DNA of 64,000 bases from Lingula anatina (Eukaryota > Animalia > Brachiopoda), in contig CM120644.1 of NCBI GenBank assembly GCA_051362555.1, positions 7,324,954-7,388,953 on the forward strand, read 5' to 3'. Numbering within the stretch: the stretch's first letter is position 1; each line of letters begins with the position of its first letter. The notes under the pieces are model-generated. The model was given only the letters and a program-made list of their open reading frames with translations, was not told the DNA's origin and searched no databases. This document shows, one piece after another, positions 40,261 to 52,275 of the stretch. Made by a program: the position numbers and the translations under genes.

Positions 40261-41095
40261 CAGGGATGCTAGTGGGGTCCGGAAAGAAAACCTGAACTTT
40301 TTTTTGGCAAAGACCGGGGGGGGGGGGGGGGGGGGTACAAATTGATTATGAAACAATTACTATATTTCAAATTTTATTTAATAAATATATTGCAATATAT
40401 GTCATCACAACTTCATGGTAATTTTCAACAGTTGTTTCCAAGGATAATCTTGACATTGACAAGATGGAAGTGCCATCAGTACATAAACACCTACCACCCA
40501 TAGTAGACAGGAATGACCCCTCACGTAAGCAACAACTACGTGCTTTGGCATGCTTAGTTGTTTTAGCATGGTTTTTCAGAGCTTTTTTACCACTGCTTCC
40601 GTACCGGATCACGTCGTTGCACCATACACACCAAGCTTCTCCGGGGGACTTTCGCTTCCGAACATAGGTAGAAAAAAAATCGTCATTATTGTCCTTTTCC
40701 TCCAGCCAACTCCAACTAAATCTATTTTTGACAGTAATGTCGATGTTTCTAATATCGTCTGTTCCCCTCTCCGCGAAATCCATTTAGTTTGGTTTAGTTC
40801 AAAATTCCGCGCACGCGGTGTCAAAACTTTCCACATGGGTGCCGACATTAAAGCCTACATTTCCAACCAATCAAGCGCCATAAATAAATCACGTGCTACG
40901 GTTGTGACTAGATATTGTGTTGAAACGCAGCTCTGTCGCAATGGTTGAAATGCGACGTTCCTCTGACGCATCGTTCGTCCAGTCCGCGACCACGTTAAAA
41001 ACGAGAATTCCGGAACAAAATATAGTACCAGAAAATTTTATAACTGGACGCAAAAAACCGGAATTCCGGTAAAAACCGGAAGACTAGCATCCCTG
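40261..41095 (-). mobile_element. Internally deleted hAT-like DNA transposon nested in the LTR element
   Basis: TIR CAGGGATGCTAGT...ACTAGCATCCCTG, 6-bp TSD ATTTTT (40255-60, 41096-101). ORF 40783-40367 starts with a transposase-type zinc finger (FSWSWL...AWCVWC...LKNHAKTTKH). Confidence 0.85.
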
Positions 41096-41909
41096 ATTTT
41101 TAGAAATTTGTCCAAATATTGGGGGCTACCAGGCACCAGAATAAGCATGTTGGGATTAGTGCCTGATGTTTGAAAGGGATGGGTTGTAAAGTAGGGGTAA
41201 ATTTTGGGTTGGATTTCTCAAGTTTGGTAGCAAATCATCAAAATCAGGGTTGGGAAACTGTCACCAAAAACCTGCTTGAACTAAGGGATTTGTTGATGTT
41301 AAATATCCTAAAGGGTAAATAAATGCAGGATATGAATTTTAAAAGAAGGTAACAGCCGATGTTTTTTCCCTTCCCAAAATGTTCACTATTCCAATAACAT
41401 TGGGCTGGGGGAAAGTGCAGAAATTAATTGGCAAAGACTACAGTATGTAATTTCATCCATATCTTTCTCAAACTCCTGAATGTCCAGTAATGATATGCTG
41501 TTTTTAAATATATATTTTTGATTGAGTATTACACATGTATTTGGGTGGCTTACTTTAAACTTTTACTTAAACTTTACATTAGAATTTTAATTATGTTTTA
41601 TAAACAAAAAAAAATTATAACTTTGTTATTTTGAGTTGTTAACTATACTTTAATAATTGTTAAATTTCAGCTGTTTGTTCATTACTTATAACATCAGAGA
41701 ATGAGAAATCAATAGATGTGGGGATTGCATTAGCTCTTTGTGGACAGGTTTAGGCATCATAAATGGATGAGGTTGGGGAGAAATAATGTATTTTGGGTTT
41801 TGCCCTCTTTAAAATATTAATGGTTAAAAAAAAATAAAAATAGGGCAACATTTTAGATTTAGTTTTGACCAAAATATTTGTGCTCATCCAAGAAGATACC
41901 TTATTATTA

Positions 41910-42005
41910 CTCCTGAAATCTAAAAGAGCTTCTGCATGTTTTTGACCTATACCAGGCACTCTAATTAGCTCATCATAGGTAGGTAAGATCTACCTTAGAT
42001 CCCAT
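41910..42005 (-). pseudogene. Frameshifted start of the LTR element's first (gag-position) ORF carrying a helix-hairpin-helix motif
   Basis: MGSKVDL/(frameshift)TYDELIRVPGIGQKHAEALLDFR, matching the ComEA-like HhH pattern (EL..lPGIG...A..I..yR). Confidence 0.6.
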
Positions 42006-42826
42006 TGACATTGTTATAACTTGACAAGTCAAAGGTCACACTAACCCAGCATATTTCTGTAAAAGAGGCACTTCCTGTCCCCAATTAGTGTGCGAGTTAA
42101 TCAGAAGACCTGTCTTCTTGTGATCCGGAACTTTCAGATTCACTGAGAAGGTCAGGGGGAAAGTCAAAAATAGGGCTGAGGGGTATTTTGTAAAAGACAA
42201 TGGAATGGGCAATGTGAATATATACTGCTGTCTGTTCTTGGGCTAAATGTAGCCGGAAATACAATAAATGAAGTCAAAGGTTCACTTTTGACCTTAAAAC
42301 TAGGTAAAAAATTGAAAATAAATGTAAACCCAAAAATACCTTCCCTCAAAAATTTATTCAAATTTCCCTGAAAAACTTCACCCTAAACAAAGAAATAAGA
42401 AACTTTACCCTGAATAAATCTCCAAATATGGTAAATTCTAAGATAAATTTTATAAAAAATAAACCCTTACCTTTAAAAAACAGATGCTAGCAGTATATAT
42501 TAGGGGATCACTACCAATTAGTCTGGGGGGCCTCATGTTATCCCCAAGAATAAGTGAGATTACTTTATAATCAAATTTAGATGAAAGAATTTCCCTTTAA
42601 TCTTTAAATTTAGTAACCAAAATCATTACTTTCATATACCACCAAATGGACGTACAAGGGTATATTGGACAATAAAAAGTATTGCCACCCCTGCACACGG
42701 ATCGTGGAGTTAAATAAACTTTCACTCCCCCCACCTATCCAAATTTGGCGGCAGACAAAGGAATTTTTCTTACATCAAAAATTGATCAAAGAACAGGAAA
42801 CGGGCTCGGTTTTCCTTGTCGCCAAA

Positions 42827-43233
42827 TGAAGTGAACCCGAGTGGCTAAAGTCACTTATTTTTGTGATAACTACAGTCTAACTAGCAGTGATACACATAAA
42901 GGCGGCTGTCACGCCCTGATCAGGGGCGTAGACCGCTTACCTTATATTCCACTTATAGGAATCCTGGTACGTCCTCACAACCGCTCCATGATCAATATCC
43001 ACTATGGCACTATTGCTGAATGTCAGCTATAGTGGTATAATTAAGTAGGTATGGTATTGGTCAAGGAATGCTCGCAGATTGTGGATTTGACGCCCAAGGT
43101 GTGTTCTGTCCGGTGTCTCGTAGTCGAGAGCTTCTCATTTCATATCACGCGCTTCTTCTGCGTGTGCTGACACCTGGATGGCGCTTCTTCAAGACAGTCC
43201 ACAACCGTAATATACTGGTTCACAATCACAACA
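42827..43233 (-). repeat. 5' LTR
   Basis: Followed on the minus strand by the PBS-like 42824-42813, which resembles the complement of the tRNA-Ser(GCT) 3' end with one mismatch. Confidence 0.95.
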
Positions 43234-44918
43234 CATGGAAGTTTTTAGGGTAGGTGCACACAGACAGAAAGTCATGTATTCTGGCAGCCTCTAGGTATTT
43301 GCCTGTGCATTTCTGCATTGACAAACCTCCATAATCTGCTCATGTTTCATTTTATGTTATTACTAGTTCATGGTAGAGTCATATTGTACCCCCAGGGTAG
43401 GCACTGGTGGTACCCATGTTTTCAGTCCCCACCCTTCTTGTGTGCTGTATATATCGCATCTCCCCTATTCGCTTGATGGGACCATATTTACCAAAGTTAT
43501 GCTGTTTTTTATTTTCATTTTTATTATTTTTTTTCAGCATATTTGCTATACTGTTAACACATGTCAAGGAAAACTTATAGGCCTGTTGTCTTGAAACTCA
43601 CAGGAGTGATCAACCTTACTTAAATACAGGTCGAGTTTGAAAACCAGCTTGATCAGTTGATGGGACCATTTTTACAAAAGTTCTGCTGTTTTTTTTATTT
43701 TTTATTTTTTATTTTTTTTATTTTATCCACCATTATACAGATAACATGAAAACCATGTGATATTTTGCTTTAAAACTTGTAGGACAGATTTGTAGGACTA
43801 TTTTACAGATCAAGTTAAAAAATAAGCTTGATAGGTTCAGTTTGGATAAATTTATGCCTTTTTTGTATATATATACATAGTCTTTCTTCAGTTTCAATTC
43901 TGAGGCATGTTAACAACTCATTATTGAACTAATTAGATATACGTAAAAGTGTTATTTTGACTTTTTCTTCATCTTAACAATGTTGTAAGTTGATATAAAA
44001 ATGATGCTAAACTTGCTGTTGTGTATTGTGTAATTAAGTATAATAGGTATTTTTTTATGGACCACCCTATAGATTTTAAATGCTAAATAACATGGAATGA
44101 CTGCATTGTATTTATGTGTTTCTCCCTATGTACATGTATATCAGGAAAAGATCTTAAGATATATGTATGCTCCCCAGGGAGGTGAGACCGCCTACGGAGT
44201 GCACCAGTGCAAAAATGACCAGGCTTCCTTGACTTAAATATTCATTTATGTAATTGTATAACTTCAACCTTCGGGTTGCGATTTCTCCAATAAAGATTAT
44301 TATTATGATTATTATTATTGTTGATAAACGATCGTTTTTGGCCGAAAGAGGCCATGAAACGTCATGTCTTGTGAAACTTTTGAAATTTTACACCTCCTTT
44401 TCTTGAAGAGTTTCTCGTGCGCGTCGACTACAGTAAGCACGTCAAGCTAAGACGTTAGATTCTTTGTGAAACACTCCTAGTCGACTTCAGTGTAGTCGAC
44501 CTAGCTAGGTCACCTAGCCTGAGCTAGTCGACTACGGATTTAAGATTCTTTGTGAAACGGGGGCCAGATCTTTCAGCCATAGAAATAAATGTAGAGATCA
44601 GTCAGTTTGTAGTTGATCTCTGGAAAACATTTCATAGCTGTTGAGCTACCTGCTGGAGAAGTAACTCAGACCTAGCACCCCTATGATTATTCTGTGAAGT
44701 TGAGAAAGCAATATAATATATACATACATAAAAAATTAATAAAGTATATATAATTTTATATATACTGGTAACTGTCTCACCATAATATGCCTCTTTCAAC
44801 TAAATTAACATCAGATTCTGCCACTGCATTACTCTGGAGAACTGCATTCCTTTCCAACTTTACTTCAACTGGAAAGCACCCAGGGGTTGACCACCAAAAA
44901 CTGTTTATTTATGCAAAT

Positions 44919-47900
44919 CATGGACCTAATTAGAGAAGGACAAGTAACGCGGCATCTTCCTTTGAAGCTATGTGCGTTCGGGTAAACATTCGCCTATTGT
45001 CTCACATAATCTGTTTTGATAGCTCCACGGGCGTCTGAAAAGCTTATTATCAAGGTAGCGCGCGCTGTGCTTCAGTGCATTTCTATTGTTTCTCTGCATT
45101 GATAACGCAATTTCTCGCAGTCCCTCGTGGTTGCTATGATACAGCATTGCCGCCATCTTGCAGTTGCGAGCACACAGGTTTCCGTCAACACGTGGAAATT
45201 TATTGAGGGGTACCAAGAATCTGTGTCTGCATCTACGAAAGAAAAAGGATTGAGAAAGTCTCTCAAAAGGAAGAGTAGAATTACAGCTTGAATTATTACC
45301 TAGATTTTCAACAAACAGACAGTATGATCTTGTGCATTTATAACATTTGGGTTTTTTCACTTAGCAATTAAGATCTTAATTAGAAATTTCATCTAGGTTT
45401 ACATTAATTTTAATTAGTTATTTAAAAGTCAGATTTGTCGTATTAGTTTGGTAGAAAATAATACACCAGGTACCAAAATATGCCTTTCTGTTTTCAGTAA
45501 CTGAAAAGCAGTCATAATTCAAGAACTTATTATAAGTATTTATAATATTTGGTTTTTCAGTCAGCAACTATCTTTCATTTATATTCCTTTTTATTTTTCA
45601 TTAAAAGTTACCCGTTTACAATATGAGATTAATTTCACCAATACTGATCTTATGGTAATAAAAAATGCATATATTGGACATAAAAAATCTTCTTTTTATT
45701 TCTTTTCACTTCCTTTTTTTTTACACAACTTAATATATTATAATAATAAAAGATTTGACAAATAAGACGCATATCACTGCAAGAGGGTCAAAGTCAAATG
45801 TGAGTATGAATTTTATCAGGATCAGATTTTTTAAACCTGTAGTTAGTGTATTCTGAGGTAATTGAATATGCAATTTCAATCAAGCAAGAAAAAACTGTCT
45901 AAACATATAATCCATGTTTTTTACATTTCATTTTTTTTTTTCATCATAAGATAGCAAATATAAAACAACTTGAGTACATTCCAATATTTATTATTAAAAA
46001 AGTAAACATTAAAAATGCTTGTTACAAAGCTAGTGATGATGAATATACAATACATGTGCAGTTTTCTTGTCTTGTCTTTTTTTGTGAAAGTCATGTTGGA
46101 GTTCTTTCCTATTTGTATCACGAGTAGTATTAACTTATTCATAAAAGGTATAAACTAATTTCTTATTGACCTATGTGAATTATTGTCCAAATGTTTAATT
46201 AGTGCGTCTCCTCTTGGGCAATGGTGCATTGTCTTATTTTAACTTTTCGGCATCTTGTGAAGAGAATCTGGAAGAGAATAAGAATGTTTTTATCACAAAC
46301 TACTATAAATGACAATTGCCTTTTTTACTTCTACTTGGACATTTGAGCCACAGGTTAGCCTTTTCAAATGCATCTCAAGATTCTACCTATCAGGTAGATT
46401 TTCCCTCTAGTTAAATTTACTTCCCTTGTTAGGCATGGACTTTCTAGATCATTATCAGCCAGGTAACTAAACCGTCTGGCCCTTTGATGATTTGATAAAG
46501 CCAGCTAGGTGCTATCCAAAGGCATGTCTCAGGATTATTTCAAAGATTTCAAGCACCTGATAACAAGATAATGCAATGTAGCAAGGTAATTACAGAGGTG
46601 AGACTCTTATCACAAATGTGATCAAGATCTACTTTTATGACCATTACCCAAATAAATATAGTCAGGAACTTTGCATTCGACATGTCCACATATACACTTG
46701 AGGGTGTTTGTCAATCGTCTTTATTCTGTTTAGGGAATCCAATTTAAAAATGAAAAACTATTAATTATCATTCTCAAACTGGAGCAGACTTTAGCCGGTC
46801 ATGTGAATATACATATATACTTCAGAGTAGTGTTAATGTCAACTTTGATAAAAGGATATTAAAAGGCCCACAGGTGCGTTTTTGTGTGTCACAATTGCAT
46901 GGGTGGTGCCATATTGCAATGATAGCCCATGTTGAGAGTTAAAAAAATAATAATTATCATTCTCAGACTGGAGCTGACTGTAGCCGGTAATGTGTAAATA
47001 TATATATACTTTAGAGCAGTGTTAATGTCAACTTTGATAAAAGGATATTTAAAGAATCACAGGTGCGTTTTTGTGTGTCAGAATTGCATGTGTGGTGCCA
47101 TATTGCAATGATAGCCCATATCGAGAGTTAAAAAAATAATTATTATCATTCTCAGACCGGAGCTGACTGTAGCCGGTAATGTGTAAATATATATGCTTCA
47201 GAGCAGTGTTAATGTCAACTTTGATAAAAAGGATATTAAAAGGATCACAGGTGCGTTTTTGTGTGTCACAATTGCATGTGTGGTGCCATGTTGCAACGAG
47301 AGCCCATATTAAGAGTTAAAAATATTAATTATCATTCCATAATTCGGGCTCACTTCAGCAAGTAACATAAACCTATACATATAGTACACAGCGGTGTTGA
47401 TGCCACCTTTATCTAAACCGTACGTAAAAAATACCAGACCTAAAACGATGTCGGCGAGTCGAATAAATCGCAGAGGAATTGCGTCATTTTAATTCAAAAC
47501 ACGATTTGAGGTTAAATTATTGCCGCATCTAAGGCTAATTCTTTACATAGAGGTTAAATTTCGAGACTAGAAATATTTTTCTATCGGATCATAGCTAAAG
47601 ACAAGTATTCGACACTGCAGTTGAACAATTTTAAACACTCATTTTACGGTAACAAACACGATTGCCTTCACCATATTGGGCATTTTGAATTCCTCCATGA
47701 ACAAACATATCCTTATTCTCATCTAGCATCCAAAATAGCAAAAGAAATTGTACTTACATTTTATCTCTATAAGTGTCTTGACTCATCCACCCGAACGTTT
47801 TCCTCGCGTTATCACCAGCTACCTGTCCAAATAACACAAAAAGTCATCAACAGCCGCGATATGCTCGCTACCTGTACGGGAGGTCACGTGATCCGAACGC

Positions 47901-47985
47901 ACATCGTTTCGCGAAGAGCTCGCGCTAAGCCGATTATCCTTTGATCTTTCTCCGCGTTACTTGTCCTTCTCTAGTTAGGTCCATG
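44919..47985. mobile_element. 3067-bp non-autonomous TIR element with 7-bp TSD (P-element-like)
   Basis: ~34-bp TIR catggacctaattagagaaggacaagtaacgcgg / ccgcgttacttgtccttctctagttaggtccatg; TGCAAAT at 44912-18 and 47986-92; no transposase ORF. Superfamily inferred only from the CAT termini and TSD length. Confidence 0.85.
46755..47410. repeat. ~180-190-bp tandem repeat (about 3.5 copies) inside the TIR element
   Basis: Repeated attatcattctcagactggagctgactgtagccggtaatgtg...cacaggtgcgtttttgtgtgtcacaattgcatg. Confidence 0.88.
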
Positions 47986-48582
47986 TGCAAATCAAGGTCC
48001 TTGTGCAAATGAAGTGTAGTGGATGTGCTTGGTCAGCACACCTATTGCAATACTGACCACATACTGACTAGTTTGTTCTTTCATACCTAATTAATGTTCT
48101 TTTGTCATTTTCTGCATTTTAACTTTTTTTTTTTGGTTTATTACATAAAGATGAGGGCAAATCTGTTCTCATGTATTGTGTAATAAAGTGTCAAGAATGG
48201 AAATAAACCCATATCAGTTTGTCAGCTTCAATCCTTCACCATGTTCAGAATCTCAGAGTAGAGCAAATTGGACATTTATATTGATCTATTGATATTTTTC
48301 TCCTCTGAACAATTTTGTTAGTTGATCGTATAAAATGATAGTAAATTGCTTAATTTATATTATGTAAAAAGCTTGAAAATGGACATTTTTCCTGTTTAAA
48401 GTCTCTACATTTGACAACTTTGCTGCCTTGTTTTTGATTCAATACAAATGTCCTTTTTTCAGCTGGTTGCATAATACCCGGAGGCAATATTGCCTCTTTG
48501 ATCACGTAATTCAGTATGAATTATAAATATTCACACAGTGAATAATTAATGGCCTTGCTGGTAGTTAGAAAGAAGTTCAAAG

Positions 48583-49391
48583 ATGGTGAACAACACTTTT
48601 TCTCAAAACGTAACTCTACTTTTGTTGATTCTTGGGCTATTAGAATTCAGTGTGATGGTATTTGAAACTTTTTGGCTTGCAGAAAAGCAAAATTATGCCC
48701 AAGTACAGTTGCAGATGAGCAAGGAAATACACAAAGTTGAAGAGGAAAAAAGAAGCTCATTGGATGCTATTTCTATGAGTGCACAGACGCTGGCTATGAA
48801 AACTCCTCTAAAACAGTTCGTAGAAGGGAATGGATTAACAAATGATAAAGCAAAACTAGAAATTTCATCCAAAGTGTTACAGAGCAGCCAAAACATTGTC
48901 AATGACACAAGATTCAGAGGAAAAAACAAAAAGTCAAGCATTGTGGAAGAAACCATAAAAGAAAAAGCCAAGCGAAGGATGTCTGAGAATTTGGAGACAG
49001 GTCTGATGAATAAAACTTTTAAAGAAAATACTGTGACAGTAACATCTGAGAAGAAGAACAATCCAACAAATTACAGAAGGAAAAATCCTGTTATTCACAT
49101 AAAAGATCGCAAAAGCTGTCCAAATCTTCCAGTTGTGTTGCCCAGCATCTCGGAGCAGCAGCTGTGGCTGCCTGTCAGTAACAAAAGCTTGGATTCCGCC
49201 AATTACATTTTCAGTGCTTACCTAGACATGAGGGAGAATTTTGCCAAAGTTTGTGTTATGGCATATCAGTCCTCTGAACCTAACAGGCTTTACTGCCAGC
49301 TATGGTATCAGAACAAAACCACTGGGAAACCTTACAATCAAGTAGTTCATACTACTACAGATTATATATATCGTCTCTGTGGAGGGAAAAG
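48583..49391 (+). CDS. Orphan first coding exon of a GT92-like glycosyltransferase (TM, stem and start of the conserved domain); no private second exon
   Basis: Open 809-nt exon paralogous to 52276-53078, with the same ag|GTTAGT donor; similarity to the other copies stops ~200 bp into the intron. Confidence 0.6.
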
Positions 49392-49821
49392 GTTAGTGTG
49401 ATTGTGTTTGCTATGACAACATTGATTGTGTTAGATGTGACAAATTTGTTAGAACTGACAACATTGATTGTGGTAGATGTGACTGACTGGTAGATGTTTC
49501 AGCAATGATTACAGTAGATGTGATTTCAGCAATGATTGTTATTCATATGATAGTGATTGTGTTAGATGTAACAGCAACCTCAACCAACAATGCACACCGT
49601 TGAAAATGAGTATGTTTTGTCATTTGACCACTCTCAAACAAACATGCAAGGGATAAGTATTCTAGATGGAACCAAAAAGACTATTTTCATATTCGTAAGC
49701 GATCTGGGAGGTAGTTTTCATATTCCTTCAAGAGACTGGAAGATGGTCAATGGGAAATTGTGAGTGATCTGAGTGCAATGATAAGGCAATTTTCATACTA
49801 GTTCAAGGGGAGTTTGTTACT

Positions 49822-51184
49822 GGGCCATTCCGTGGTATTTTTTTGCTGTTATGGAAGGACATTTGACACTTCAAATGAAAATATTTTCAAAAGTAAAAAA
49901 GTTACAAGGTCCATTTTTTGTATGTTTATTCTTCTATATGTAAGTTATAATTAGGCAAAAAATTAGGTTTAAAAAAATTAAAGTTACGAAAAAATTATAG
50001 TTAGCATCTCGGAAGGACGTGAAATGGACATGGAATTTTAACTTTCAACTTCAACACTAAAATTCTGCTCTGTCTGTGTAGATATTTTTAAAATCAAATC
50101 AAAATATGAATATTTGATTATTTTACTTTCTCAGTGTATAAAAAATTTTTTGGAAAAAAAATAATAAATTTGAAAATTTTGCATATAAAAAAATCAAGTA
50201 GGCGTCATGGAAGGACACGTCTCGGAAGGACGTTTTGTCCATTGCTAAATAAAATGTAAAATAAGGCTAATAATAATATTTTATGAATACATACCAGCAT
50301 AATTTTGATGAATAATATCAAATGTAAACGTCTTTCCGTGGTAATATATTTCATCTTCAAACGTGTTACTAATTTTGACTATAATATAAGTTCTCATCTG
50401 CTCTAATCATCTTTAAATAATATTGGGACATTTTTTGAGAAATTCTTACCAAATCTATTAATTATAAATATAATCAATTGTCTAAATTATAATAACTTCA
50501 ATATTATTCATTCAAATGAAATGTTTCTCAGTTTAAAAATGCTTCTATACATAATAATTGTGAATTTTAAGTTCAAGATTATCTTGAAAGACATAAGGGT
50601 TTGGGGGCTCATTGGTCACATGACCTGTTATGGTCCAATCAAAATGCCTCATACGTGCTTCCACTGTGCTAGGTGTCATGTTTAATGCTTATATATTTGG
50701 ATTTAATTTCTTACTGAAGTGGTTCTAAGCAAAAATAATTTCATATTTTGTTGGCCCCTTTCATGGTTGAGGAGAATATGAAGTTATAAGTTTTTAACTT
50801 TTGTAGTTTCTGAGAAAACTTAAAAAATAGGTACCAAAATCATCTCGGAAGGACAAATTGATATTGATTAATCCATTATTTTATAATCAAATATTTTTTT
50901 AATCTAATGCACCTGACTAAATGTAAGAAATAGGTTATATTTAATGTATTTAGCCTTTATTGTTTAAAATGATCTCTATTATGAAAAATATATCAAAAAT
51001 AAAAATGAAAAATAAAAGTTTTCCAGATAAAATTGTCAATAAAATCATAATTAATCATCAAAACCTAAAATTTCTTTTGGATTCTGGTGTCTTATGATGT
51101 CTGGTTTCAGAAATTATAAGTTTTATAAGTAGGATTCCTTTTTGAAATTTTGAGGTCTGCGGACCAAATACCACGGAATGGCCC
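49822..51184. mobile_element. Non-autonomous DNA transposon with 4-bp TSD (Sola2-like)
   Basis: TIR gggccattccgtggtattt / aaataccacggaatggccc; TACT on both flanks; internal repeated (tc)ggaaggac motifs. Confidence 0.8.
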
Positions 51185-52275
51185 TACTAGATTCATCAGC
51201 AGGAGATCGTCAGTGATCAGAGCTAGCCTAGAATGCAATTTTCATATCGTCACCATTAGATGGTTAGTAATCTAAGCGAGAGGAGCAGAAAATTTTCATA
51301 TTTGTTCAAGGGACTTTGTTAGCGGAAAATCATCAGCGTGAGATCAACAGTGATCCGACCCAGATGATAAGGCACTATTCATATCGTCAGCAGCACATTG
51401 CAAAAGATGCGACACAAAAAAGCAATAATGATAATCTTTATTGCAGCTCTAAATTGCTGCTTCTATTGTTCTGTTATTGAAATCCCTGTTGAAGATGCTA
51501 TTGTGGGCCTCAGTGAAACTACCAGTTGCTATCTCAAACAAGGTACCTCCATAACAATGATGACGGATATGTTGTTTCCCATCCTGCTGATCATATTGTA
51601 ATCATAGGCAGAATTGTGATCTATGTGATAATAATTGTCAAATGTCTTATATAAACTAATTGCTTTGAAGCATGGTATTCACTTAATTAGTATATCTTCA
51701 AACACACATATGACAATTGATAAAATTAATTTCTTTCCTATAAAATAAGACATGCCTGATAATGGATTTGTGGCATGCAGAGATGATTCCCTATATAATT
51801 TGGGCCTCTAAGATAGAGAGACTTGGAGAGTTTGTCGAGACTGTTCCTGCCTGCATGCCTGACCTGTAACCCATATGCGAGCAATAAAGCCCTCTTTACA
51901 CTGGACAGTGTCCTTTTTACATCCAGTAGTACAGCCCTTAGAGTAAAAAATAATTATCCTTTACATGCCGACAACTGGCCGACCACTGAACATTCTCTCT
52001 GCAACCAAAGTGATGCTTGTGTCTCCTTTCTACGTCCACAGGGATGCCAGTTTCATAGTCGCACAAAGGACCCAGAAAGGACACCATCCAGTGTAAAGGG
52101 GGTTTAAAGGAGTGAGGAACTACAACACTGGCTGTTGTGTTTTTCTTGTGTACCAGTCACTGCAGAAATAGATAACCTACCACAGTTGCATCTATAATGT
52201 ATTATAAATATTAACACAGTGAATAATTAATGGCCTTGCTGGTGGCACTCGTGGCTATTAGAAACCAGTTCAAAG

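Larger units (their letters stand above)
35110..43233 (-). mobile_element. Gypsy/Ty3-type LTR retrotransposon, non-autonomous (decayed interior), 8124 bp
   Basis: 407-bp direct repeats 35110-35516 and 42827-43233 (TG...CA), 4-bp TSD CATG (35106-09, 43234-37), PBS-like TGGCGACAAGGA 2 nt inside the right LTR on the minus strand, G-rich PPT next to the left LTR, frameshifted RT remnant. Confidence 0.93.

Noticed and set aside
44349-44547. CpG-rich segment ending ttgtgaaacggggggcc-like, resembling a Harbinger MITE end
   Set aside because: Only one convincing terminus and no TSD found.
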